Assembly: GCA_003971905.1 (NCBI GenBank)
Contig: RSEE01000124.1
Coordinates: forward strand, 62,001-126,000
Source: Moniliella sp. 'wahieum'
Taxonomy: Eukaryota
Direction of reading: 5' to 3'
Length of the DNA stretch: 64,000 nt
A program made the translations under genes and the position numbers. This document shows, one piece after another, positions 34,227 to 46,380 of this stretch; within the stretch, counting starts at the first letter, position 1; each line of letters starts with the position of its first letter. The notes beneath the pieces are model-generated. The model ran no database searches, was not told where the DNA came from, and worked only from the letters and a program-made list of their open reading frames with translations.

Positions 34227-37200
34227 TATCGACATGGGTACGTCTTTGGTTTCTTTTTTTGCGCAGCATGGCCTTCGTTTTGGTCTGTTGGTATGGTGCC
34301 TCTGGCCATGGGGACGGCTAACGTGGTCGCTTGGGCGGAACATACTGGCTTCACCGACTCATTCGCTTGTGCGAGATTGAGATCTTGCGACCAATCGGAT
34401 TTGGTGGCTGTGCCAGTCATCTCCTTGCTCTTTAGGTTCTCCCTACTCGTCTTGAGGTCTCGTCTGGTTTGTTGCCCTCTCCATCCTGTTGTTCGTCGCC
34501 GTTCTGCGCTCTGCGCTCCATACCGTTTGGTGCTTGATGAACTGGATGGACTTGATGGAGCGTACGCTCTATGCGTTCTCCCCCCTAAATGGGGTTTTGC
34601 CCGTGCGCATTTTTGCACCCTTGTATACTTTGCCCAGCCCTTCGTTGCAATAGTGAAGGTTGAAGGTGGATCGCTCGTTCCTGCCGTGTAACCACATCAT
34701 GGGACGTGGGTCCATGGGCCATGGGACCCTGAACACGTTCGTACGGAGCCCCTCTTGGTTCCTGTGCTGCCTTGTACCCTCTGCGTCACCAAGTAAATGG
34801 CACAGACAACCCTCTCTCCCGCTCTTGGGACTCAGGCTAGAAACGAGTGGGTGTGTGCTGGCCAATATGGTCTCGGCATACTTCTTGGCGTTTCCTCACT
34901 TGAAGCTTGAAGCGTGAAGCTAGCTCTTGTTGGCAAGATCTGGATCCACTTGGAAGAGCTTAATCATTCTAGCTTTTGAAGCTTGGTGGATCCGATTGAT
35001 GATCCTCCGTTCTCCGTGGCAAGATCTTCGCCTGCCCATCGGGAGATGGTCTGCATTCGTCTAGAGTTGGCCGGGCCACGCGATATCCTGATTGAATAGT
35101 GATTCGCCAGGCCCCGCAAGATCCCAAAAGGTTCCAGAAGATCCCAGATCGCGGGAGCGAAACTGACTCGGCGCGCGGGTCACCGGCCACCCACTTTATG
35201 GTGGCATCATGCATCATGCATCATGCAACAGACATCATATGGCCTGCCCCCACGGGGAAAGAGAACGCAGATCCAGATGACAAACCGACCCACGTGCTAG
35301 CAGCGGTGAACTTCGCCCGATGTCTCGCCGTCCCTGCCGTCTCAGATCTCACGTTTCGTCCCTATAGTCCCTAGTCCTTCCCTAGTTTCTAGTCAGATTA
35401 CTTGAAGCTTGAAGCTTGACTGGAGCAGACCCGGGTTGCCGGAGGCTCTCCTTAACCTTACTCTGAGCCGACAGAGCCACAACCAATTACCGCACCCATC
35501 GATATACTCTTCCTACACACGCGCATCATTAACGAATCATTGCGTCATACCAGCACGCTGCAGGTTACGCCGATGAGCGATGGGAATCATCGATCATCGA
35601 TCATCTTAATCATCGATCTGTCAACTTCCCAAGATCTCATATCTCAACGTTCCACGTCACGCGTCAACGTCACAGTCTACTGGCCTGACCAGCTGACCAG
35701 GAGCTGTTTGTTTTCCTCTCGTGCAAAGGATGTTAGCAACATGCGTCACGAACACCATCTTCTGAGACACACTGACACCGACCGGCTCAGCGCTGACGCG
35801 CTGACGCAGACTCTGGTACCCCAGAGTACCCCACGAATCACGTTCTTGGCAACCATTTCGCCGGGCAGATATTATCTCAGATCTCCGCGCTCTTAATTCC
35901 TTACTCTCATTCGAAGTATTTAGCTCAACGCGCTCACCGTCGGTACTCAGTGCCTGTACCATGTACCAATTCGACTTTTTCCGAGCTGGTCTAACGCGGG
36001 CGGCCATCGACGCGCGACGGTAGAGGCCACTGGGATTGCCCTCAATTGATTGAACATTGACTCCGGTGCCGGTAGGATAGCGATCCGTCGGTCTCTTTGA
36101 GAGAATATAGGTCGATCATCGATCAGATAACTACAAGTAGCTGATGCTGTACGACAAAAGTGCTCGATCGTGCGTGCTCCAGGTCGGATAGTTGAGCACC
36201 TGAATCCTTTGGGGACAGTAGATGCAACGACTCAGTCTGAGTACTCAGGGTCGGGATCACTTGTTTGGGCGCGTCATGCAATGCCGCTTGCGCGTCGAGG
36301 GGAACCAGAAAGACGTGTGAAAATGGCTGATATGTGACAGTGACGCGTGTCATGTCCCCATGTCACCCGAGCAAACGCAATGTGGACCAGCTAGCAGGGC
36401 TAGCTACCAAGTAGCAAACACGGCATCTATTGCATGTCACATGTCACATGTCATGTTCACACCGTGTTAGTAGTGACGTCGATTTGATATTGGATCTGAG
36501 GATCTGAAGTGGAGCTGGAGAGCTCCGCCTGAGCTTCGTGGCGGGTGACTTGAAGCATGAGCGCATGGGCAGCTGGGCGAGGGGCGCACTGGAGATTGCG
36601 GAGGTTGCGATAAGATCCAAAATCCCCGAGCTGAAGCTGCTGAAGCTGCTGAGCGCCGAAGCTTCGCTTGAAGCTTGAAGAAAATGAGCTCAGATCGAGG
36701 GAGAATGGGACGATTCGAACAGCTAGTAACTAGGAATCGATGATCACTTCGACCCCTAGTCACTTGAAGCTCTGAAGCGCTGAAGCGCTGAAGATTGATC
36801 GATGATCGATGATCCCGATAGACGAATGATGCGTGAGGGTGCCGCATGGCTGATCGATGGCCAGCAAAGCGTCGCGTGATAGGCGGCAAGCGAAGCGTGA
36901 TGTGTGCAGGCGTGCGGCATTCTGGTACTGGCGCCGTGCGGGGCGTGGTTTCTTACCCCGCACGCCGTCTCAACCGCAGTTGTCCCGCCGCACGGGGCCA
37001 GTCTGCTGCGCTGCCCCACGACTCCCAACTGGACCAACTTCGGTGGGATGCGGTAACCCCGCCCTCGCCTCGTCGCTTCCTCCCTCGGCATCATCCACAT
37101 CATCCATCGCCCTCGCCTGGGTCTTGCTATCGGCTTGTTCTCCTTCCCCCTCCCACCCTCCAACCCTCCCGCCACCACCACTTTCGTGCTTTGGCCCACA

Positions 37201-37564
37201 CCAGTGCAACACCCGTGCACTGTTCAGCTCCCCCAACCATCAGTATTACCTATCGGGCGCATCCTCTTCTTCAGCCGCGGTTGGATCCTCCGTGCCTCCC
37301 ACCGCGCAACTGGGCTTTCCAACTACTGTGCCTGTTGTGTCCCCTCTTCCAAGGTATGTCCCGTCCCTCCCCCCCGTTCTCTCCCCGTGTGGGCGGGTTG
37401 CGGGTCGACGTCACACTGCTGACCGCATAACCAATCCTCAGCCTCATACCCACAACACACGCGGCAATCTCGTTTTCTCCCCTCTTCTGACCTGCCTCGT
37501 GCGACGCTGTATTTTTCCCCGCCATCTTTTCCCCCTCATCGCCGTACCAGTTTTGTACCTCGCC

Positions 37565-38222
37565 ATGTCCACAGATCTGGACGATCTCATTTCCTCCTTC
37601 AAGCAGGTTCATGCCGGTGGCCGTGGACAAGATTTGCGCCTAATGCGGGAATCGTTGTTCAATTCCTTATCCAGCCATGCCTTGGGCCCCGCTAGCCATC
37701 CAGATCCGAGCGCACTGGGGCTGTCCAGCTCCGGTTTGCACGGAGGAATGGGAAGAATAGCCTGCCCGCCTCCTTGTCCCGCTCTGCATCCCAACAACAG
37801 CCTCCTCCTCCCTCCACACCGCTCTCGGGACAGGTACAAGCACCTCCCTTGGACTCCTATCCGGGAACGACCGTAGCACCTTGTACCCTGTCGGGATACA
37901 GCGTCATCGCGTTCTTGAGAGAAGCGAGAGGGAAGCGGGACGGGTGTATGGCTCTGCGTCGCGCTGCACCTCTGCTCCTGCCTTCGCCTCTGCCTCTGCC
38001 TCTACCCCGATTTTGCTGTGGCTAGACCTGTCTCGGCATGAAAGAGGATGGCCAGTGTCCGATCCTGTTCACGCATGGTCCTGATCCTGACGGAGACATT
38101 CTTCTTCCCTTCTGCCCACGGGAGGGGGCTTCGCTTTGCCTGTTTTTTGGAGTTGGGGATACGTTGATCTTCCTGCGTATCTCTCCATCGTCCGCCTCCC
38201 TTCGTCCCGATCATATCCTAGT
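37565..38222 (+). CDS. Small hypothetical protein (MSTDLDDLISSFKQVH...); 5'-UTR intron 37354-37441; 3' end uncertain
   Basis: GCCATG context; upstream GTATGT..GCTGAC..CAG intron; amphipathic N-terminus followed by low-complexity sequence. Confidence 0.55.
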
Positions 38223-39174
38223 AGCTATACGTTTACCCCTGCCCCCCCCTTTTCCGCCACTTTTGGCATCCACATCAACCCCCACGTCCCATACTCTACA
38301 TGAATGCTTGACACATTGTTTACACGAGGACATGGCGTGCACGGGAAGCGTGTGGTGGAGATGCAAGTGGAGTGGAGGCAGAATTGAGGATGGGGAGGTT
38401 TGAGGTCTGATGGCCTGATAGGCGGGTTGTAGATCCGTTGGATGGCGCACCCACACTCTGTTGTCAGTATTAGTTCTTACATGCATCACCCCAACAGATC
38501 TAATCGAGCGATAATCGATAACCGGTGGAGTGGGCCAAGTCACCGATCCCTATCATCACCCACCACGCGCTATGCACCATGCGTCGTGGCCTCGCGGGGT
38601 CACGTGCTCCCCACGTGCGCGCCCCACGTGAAAGCACGCGACACTGGCGTGCTGCGGAGCGAACGGACGGGAAATGGTGGGAAAGGGTAGGAAAGGGCAG
38701 GAAAGCAGAGCGCCGCATTGACGTCATGCGCGTCATCATGACTCGGTCCCATCGTAGGGGGGTGGCGAATGGTGGGTACAGGCGTCTGTCTGCTGCTGGG
38801 ACGGCAGAAGTATCTGCGAGTGTCGGCAGATTGTGTTGGTTCAAGATGAACTTGACTTGAAGATTGAACGTTTCAACCGTTCATTCAACGCGGACCGGCT
38901 GAGCGGCGGACCGGCGGACCGGCAGTCCGGGCCGGGGCGAAGCCGAGTGCCCAGGTTTCATCCTCCGGCAAGCGGAAGCACGGCACCGCAGCTGGATTGA
39001 ACATTCAGATCCCACCTGCTCCCTTTCATAGTGTCTCTGGTCAAACTCGCGACCGCTGAGTTCGCCGCCCAGCAACTCACTGTGGCTGCCTGCGTCCCTC
39101 CATCTCGTTCCTCCCGACCGGCCACCGCAGCCCCCCACCCCCACCCCACCACTGCCGCTGCCCTCGCCGTACCC

Positions 39175-40314
39175 ATGTCCAGCGAAGATCCCTGACCCCC
39201 TTCGAGAATGCGCTGGCCGGCGCCCTCGGCGGTGTCTTTTCCAATGCCACCACCTACCCCCTTGACACGGTCAAGACCCGCCTCCAGGCTGGCTCTCGCT
39301 CCGAAAATGGGGAAGCAACCCACGATTCCACCCTAGGCACCGACCCAGGTCTATTCAAGGGCGTCTTTCTCCTCGCCCGCGGCGAAGGGGTCAAAGCGCT
39401 GTACAAGGGCTTCGGTGCCAACATGGCCAACGCCTTCCTCACTCGTATGTCCCCTACCTTTCCCACCTTGCTCTTGCCCACCGCATATCACGTCATTCAT
39501 CCTCCTTCCTTCTCGCCGCCTTGGCTAACATGCCCCCCACCACCTCCTCAGAGTTTGCCTACTTTTACGCCTACGCCAATGTGCGTCGCGTCTACTTCCG
39601 CCTCATTCTCCGCATCCCGCGGAGGAAACCAAGCGCCCCGTCCTCTCCACCGCCATGGAGCTGATCCTGGGCGCCCTGGCCGCTGCCATTCCCAACTCTT
39701 CACTATCCCCGTAGGGTGATTGCAACGCGCGGCAACAACTGGGTGCCAAACCTTCGCCCAACTCTCCTCGGATTCCCGCTGGCACCATGAACCTGCCTCT
39801 TCCTCCCCCTCGGGCGGCCACGTTGCGCCTCAAGAAACTGTGGCTCGAACTGCTGCATGACGAAGAGTCCATCGCAGTGTCACGCGCGACATTTACCACG
39901 AAGATGGCATCGGGCTTCTGGCGCGGCCTCAAGCCGTCGTTGGTCTTGTGCGCCAACCCAGCAATCACATATGGCGTGTTTGCCCGGATCAAGAATGTGG
40001 TCATGGCCGCCTCGGGTGATTCGAGAATGACACCGGGCCAGTCGTTTTTGGTCGGGGCCCTGTCCAAGTCCCTTGCCACCATCATCACCTTCCCTACATC
40101 CTCGCCAAGATCCGATTGCAAGCAGTAACACCAGTTCACATCGGCTTGCGCATGCTGCTGTACATTGCCAAGACAACGGGCTGCGCGGTTGGTACCAGGG
40201 CATGCAGGCCCAAATCACCAAGGCTGTCATCCCCAGGCACTCTTGTTCTGGGCGCGCGAGTACCTCGAGATTTGGACCCGAGCCCTACTGGCCATTGCGG
40301 GCGCGAAGAAGTGA
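39175..40314 (+). CDS. ANT1: Peroxisomal adenine nucleotide transporter (mitochondrial carrier family); intron 39445-39551
   Basis: LTPFENALAGALG, YPLDTVKTRLQ, FAYFYAY, TIPVGVIATRQQ, GFWRGLKPSLVLCANPAITYG, FLVGALSKSLATIITFP, GWYQGMQAQITKAV. Confidence 0.88.
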
Positions 40315-40448
40315 GGCAGGGCGGGGACCGGACCGGGGCGCAGTGGAGCTGGGATAAGGGGGCAGACGGACTTTTCTCGTGGTCGATTGCAGAAGAGGGA
40401 ATATCGAGCCTCGTTGCCACGTGTCATATTATATCTGCACGTCGAGCT

Positions 40449-40497
40449 GGTGGTTGTGGTTGTGGTTGTGTGTGGTGGTTGTGGTTGTGGTTGTGGT
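40449..40497. repeat. (GTGGTT)n imperfect microsatellite
   Basis: ggttgtggttgtggtt... read directly in the ANT1 3' region. Confidence 0.8.
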
Positions 40498-41051
40498 GTG
40501 GGTGCGATGTGGGGCTAGAATACCCTCGGCGTTCGTTGCATGCGGCCTGCTCTCGTCGAGCGAGGATGGTGAGCGGGAAGGATCACCAAGCAGACCTTCT
40601 ATGGGCTGGCACTTTTGATGACGACCGCTGCCGTTTCGTACGTTGATAAGCGCTAACCGACCCAACCCCCAGCCACACTGGGCTGCCCAGGTGCGTGAAT
40701 ATTTTCTTCAGTCCCATGGAATGGCACTCGATAATCGACCATCGACAGGCTGTCATATTGAATGCCCTAGTGACGTGACACACATCATGTGACATGTGAC
40801 ATGCATCACGCATCAGCGTTCCCTCCGTCCTCATCGGTGCAAACACCTAGTAGTGGCCAACCAATAACCCTATTTTCGCCATGGCATAAGAAAAGCAAAA
40901 TGCGGGAGCGTTGAACACTGGGCTGTAGCTACTGGGCCGCAGCATCAACCCTACTTTGCGTCCCACCCATCCTCTGATTGCGCTCCCAGCTTCCCCCCAA
41001 CCCCCAGCGGCCAGAGCTGTTTGCTTTCGACGTACGCCAACAACCGTCAAG

Positions 41052-41775
41052 ATGGTGAGTAGCACCGCTATGCTGTTGTGCCTCAGGTGGTGGGCGTGCT
41101 AGATGACGGGCACCGACATGGATGTACACCCATGTGCCCCTTCGACAGCACCGGCTGCCGCCAGAGAGAAGAGACTAGGGACAACGCGACTGACTGGGAT
41201 TGTTGTGCAGGGTGTGGACATTGCCAAGAAGCACGTCAAGAAGGGCAACCGCACGGCTCCCAAGTCGGAGGACCCCTACCTGCTCCTCTTGGTTAAGCTC
41301 TACCGTACCCCCCGCCCCGCTCGGGAGCAAGTTCAACAAGGCTATCCTCAAGCGCCTGTATGAGCAAGGTCAACCCCGCCGCCTGTGTCGCTCTCGCGTC
41401 TGATTTACTGACGCGCAATGCTGGCACCACCGGCGCGGACGCCAAGACGGTCGCCGTGGTGGGCACCATCACTGACGACAACCGTCTGCTCGAGGTCCCC
41501 CGGGTCTCGGTGGCCGCCCTGCGTTTCACCAAGACTGCCCGTGCCCGCATCCTGGCTTCGGCGGCGAAGCCCTCACCTTTGACCAGCTCGCCCTGCGCGC
41601 CCCCACGGGCAAGAACGTGGTGCTGATCCGCGGCCCTAAGAACGCGCGCGAGGCCGTCAAGCACTTTGGCATGGGCCCTCACTCTAACGCCAAGCCTTAT
41701 GTGCGTGGCAACGGCAAGTCGCGCAAGCGCGAGATGGCCCGTGGCCGCCGCAAGTCGCGCGGGTTCAAGGTGTAA
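41052..41775 (+). CDS. RPL18: 60S ribosomal protein eL18; intron 41055-41210 directly after ATG
   Basis: [87 protein letters not shown]. Confidence 0.97.
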
Positions 41776-42559
41776 GCCAGCCCTGGAAACCGATTTCCAG
41801 TTGGCTCTCTTTGCCTTCTCCGCTCCTCTCCTCTCCGCTCCCCCTCCTCCCCTCTTCCATCCTTTTTCCTTCCCTCGCCGTTCCCCCCGAGTCGATGGCT
41901 CGCAAAATGTGCTTGGTGCACACACACGCTCTGTGCACCCGCTGGGTGCGCGCTGCCCCTGTTATGCTCCGGATGTATCCCGCCTCCCCTCTGCCTGTAT
42001 GAACGAGAGTGGCGTGCGGAGTGGTCTATGCAATATGCGCCTGGATGCTGGTGGGATGGGCTGGACTCGAGTAGTTAGTTGCCAGTGCAGCCAGTGAGGC
42101 CAGTGACTAGTGACTTGACTAGTGACTAGTGAGGCTTCCATTCCTGAGGCGCAAACCAAGTAGCGAATGAGATCAGGTGATCTGAGTAGTGCATTGTGGC
42201 TGCAGGGGCGGACGAGGATGTTGCACCGACCGAGACTCCGACCTGGGCAAAGCACACAGGCGCTGTGCGGGCGGGACGCACGGAGTTGGGCGGCAGGGCA
42301 GGGGGCAGGCGACAGGCGACAGGCGACAGCAGGCGACGGCAGGCAACGACAGGTGAGATGCATGACAGCGAAGCGCTAACATTTTGGTCCGCTGCGCCAC
42401 AGTGCGACGTCCTGCGCTCGCGCAGTTCACACTGCCCCCGCGCCCCCAGCTGCTGCAGCCGGGCGCGGCGGGGCATCCGACGGCTCCTGGGCTTGGTTGG
42501 CTTGCCACCACCGCCCCTTCCCCCACCACCATCACCGCCGTCACTCACTGCATCCAGCC

Positions 42560-43700
42560 ATGCCGCAAGCACAATGGGTCCCGCTCAGTGCCTCCTCATT
42601 CGTCCCCCGCCACTGTCCAGCGCGGGCCGATGCCTCGTCCGCGCCGCGCCCTCGAACAACGCCCCTAGCACTCAACCCGGCCCCGAATCCACCGACAAAC
42701 CCAGCGACCAGCCACTTCCGCTACTCCCTCGACCCAGGAACCAACCTCCACCCCTCCGACGACTACTCCCGAACTACCGAACCCAGCAAGTCCCCGTCAC
42801 TTCGCCCTGACAGTCCCTCCACGTCCCCGTCTACATCACCTTCCATCACCGTCTACTCACCTTCCACGTCGCCGTCCACGTCGCATCTACCTCGCCGTCT
42901 GCCTCGCATCTACCTCACCTTCCCCATCGACTTCGCCTTCCACCTCGCCCTCATCTCTCTCCTGCATCGAAGAGCTCAGACAAAACCTCTGCCAGCCACT
43001 CTACTTCAGCCACTTCCGCTGGTACCACAGGCCTCTCTTCGTCTTCTTCTCTTCCTCTTCCTCTCCCACCATTTCTCCGGCGCCTCTAGCCACAGTGGTG
43101 GGACGAACTGGGGTACGTATTTCTTCATCGTTTATTTTCTTCCTGCGGGCAGGACACTGATCATCTGCTTAGGCGCTATCATTTGGTGTCGCGGAGGGGC
43201 CGCTGCACTGCCTTCTCGCTTTTGCCATTATCATTCCGCTCCGGCGGCGCAAGAGGAGGCAAGAACAGGTAGATTGGCTCATTATGCAAAGAAAGAACGC
43301 TTTCCTTCGGATACCGATGTGGTCCTGGACGATCCCCTGCCAGCCTAAGGACTTTGATGACGACTTTGATGCCAACCCGTACGCACACCCCCTGACGGCG
43401 GACAAACGTATGCGGCAGGTACCCAGTACTACGATCATTCTATTCCGTACGGCCTCTGTGGGCGAGTATCCCACCACGCACCCAGAGGAGTACTACAGCT
43501 CCATGTTTGACCAGCCGGGGCAAGCCTACGCGGATCCTTCAAGGACCATGTCGAGTCCCAGGGTACGACATGTACCCCTACCCTGCGTCCAATGTCAGTG
43601 GCCAAGCTGCACCGGCCCCGACTGCGGGCGAATCATTGCCTCCTCCGACCCATTCTACCGGCCCGGCTCACGAACCTAACCCCTACGTCGGTCTGGCCTA
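42560..43700 (+). CDS. Ser/Thr/Pro-rich single-pass membrane protein (mucin-like); boundaries approximate
   Basis: Long SPSTSPS-type tract, then hydrophobic WGTYFFIVYFLPA..LIICLGAIIWC followed by basic residues and a Tyr/Pro-rich tail. Confidence 0.6.
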
Positions 43701-46380
43701 GATGTTGCTGTCTTGGCTCTTTCGGGCTGGATACGAACTTCCTCACTAGCCTCCCTCTCTTCGAACTCATTTTATACTTGCATTGCTCTCCCTTCTGCCC
43801 CTTCTACTGTTCCTGCGTGGCTATCTTGCCAATGTACCGCCCATTCGCCTGTTGACGGCGCATGGCCTGATCTAGTTCCCTCACAGAAGAATTTAAAGCC
43901 AAAGTCCGTCAACAGAACTACTATTGTCCGGTACCTGATCTACATCGTAAGGAAGCGAAGGGACAGGAGGACACATCAGGAGTGCGGATATGGTGCAACC
44001 GAGCGGTGAAAAATGATATTGGTGCAGGCCAGAGGAATCTCCCACTGGGAACCTTGTTCCCCAGAACATCTCGAGGCTGGCAGACTAGACCGTACTAGAC
44101 CGACTTGCCTTGTTTCAGTGTAGTGCATAGTACGCTCAACAGACACAGGAATCAAGTTGCCTCGTCCTCGGTGCGATGATTTTCACACGAAAGTAAGATA
44201 TGCAAGCGAGAGGGGATCACGATCGGTCAACGACCGCTAATATCCTGCGTCACAGCCCCCCCGTCGTACCGAGTAGCTCGCAGAGCCAGGCTGCGACCTG
44301 CACCCTGAGTTTTGTGGAAGAGACGAAACAGTGGGTGCGGTCAGTAGCTAAGACTGTCGTCGCGTCGCGTCGCGTCTGCATCAGTGGTATGCCACTTGCG
44401 TATTCATTACCTTTCCATCAGTAGGCTTTGCACGCCTTCTATCCGAGCTCGGCGCGGAGAAAACCGGCAGATTCTTAGCCTTCTTACCAGACCAAAGATG
44501 CTCTCACCTTCACGTCCGTTGACACATACATACACATACACACACGCACACTGACCAACACCATATCGTTCGGACCCGAATTGCGTTGGATGCTGACCGC
44601 GAAGGAACAGAGCCGAAAAATGGCATGATCCGTACGTGCGCATTTGAACCCACCATCTTGACAGCGCAGCCCGATTCCATCCCTGTGTGGGCTGCATTGG
44701 GAGGCACGGATGTCATTGCGCGGGAGGGCGAGCGGGGGGGCTGGTCTCTGACTGTGCCCCTCGAACCGTGGAAGGAGGTCCAAGCAAAACCAAAGGCTCC
44801 TGGATCGAACGTGCAACAGGAGAGAGCGTAACCACACGATTAGATTGTACGCGTACCACCGTGTCTGTAAGGCTGTGGACGGGGGGGGGCAATCATCGAA
44901 AACATTCATCGAAATCATCTGTAAGTGTCACGGGCTGGAGTCGCCCAGGGGCCGGCGGCCCGCCCGGTGGGAGGTCAAGGGGTACAATCCCTTGAAGTTC
45001 CTACGGTCGACTCACGGTAGTTACGTGCTTGGGGTCTGATTGGTGGGCCCGGGCGGGGCTAGAGACAAGGAGAAGCCTCTCGGCGTATAGCAGACGCGGC
45101 TGCAAGTGTGCCAAAGCTCCGTAGTGTAGAACAGGCTTGGGCGGCAGTAGCGTGTCTGAAGCCTTCGGGCTCAGGGACTGCGGGGGGTGGCAGCGAGGGA
45201 CAATGACAGCCAAAGCTGGGTCTGGACTGGGACTGGGGGTGGCGTGGCTGGACGCGGGATCACACGCAGCTGAGCTGAGCTGGGCTTCGACATGCCACGT
45301 GGGAGGCACACGCGAACTGGGTTGTCCGCGAGACGGATAGCTGAAGACGGGAGCTTGTGGACGAGGCCAGGAAACGGAGGAGAAACTAAGAGGAATTGCC
45401 TGTACTGGCTTGATCTAATTGATGAGGAGAGTAGGGGAGATGCCAATGGACCGTGGGGAAAACCACGAACCATTGCTAACAGACAAGGAAACTGGATGGC
45501 CACACGGTGGCCCCCAATTCACTTGGACAAGAGGCGACTATTGTCGTGCGGATACGTAGAACTGGTCGTTGCACTGGCGAGCTTGCCAAAAAGTCAGCCA
45601 CGGTCGGACCGAGGTTCATTTGGGAGCGTGCTCCATTGTTGGGTGGAGCGGATGGGCTTCAAGCTCAGCTTCAGCGCTCAGCTGAGATCGGATCAGATCG
45701 AATCTGACCCAAAGACCAACCTGGGGACGGGGTTAGGAGGGCGAAGGGCACGCGTAGGCTCCGTCGGGCTTGCCAGCCCCCGTCTTGCCCGTGACAGTAA
45801 GGGAACAACACGCAAAATCGGGCCTCCGCAGTGCTCTCGTGCCGCCTGCACCACGCACCTCCGACAGCCAATCACGCGTCACCGCTGCTCTTGGTTGGGC
45901 AGACCAGGGCGGAGCCGGGGGCATTAGCCTGAGGCCGCCCATCCCATGCGCAGTCTTGGCGTTTTTTGCTGAACTGCTTGGGGTGACTCTCTCCAACGTG
46001 GACGTTGCACGCTGAACGTACCGAACGTCCGTGAACATACTCAGTAGCGTACGGGACGCACTATTAACTCGTACTAACCCACGATGTCCACAACGCAGGC
46101 TGTGCCACCGTTGCGATAAGCGGCCGCATGTGATAGACACTCTGCTGATTGCTTCTCCGCAGCCATTCCCCTGAGGCCTGAGGCTCAGGCCTGGATCAAG
46201 CGCAAGTAGGAACCATGGCAGTTAACGATGCACTGGCAGAGGTTGGTCTCCACTAGCATTGAGTTCTCATAGGACCTGCCCCGCACCCCCCACGATCGCA
46301 TCCACAAGCCAGAGCGCGGCCTAGACCCATCTTTACGGCGTCCATCTCTCCCTCTTTCCTCATCCCCAAACCCATCAACA

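Noticed and set aside
40449..40497. Interstitial telomere repeat
   Set aside because: The unit is GTGGTT, not TTAGGG; an ordinary microsatellite
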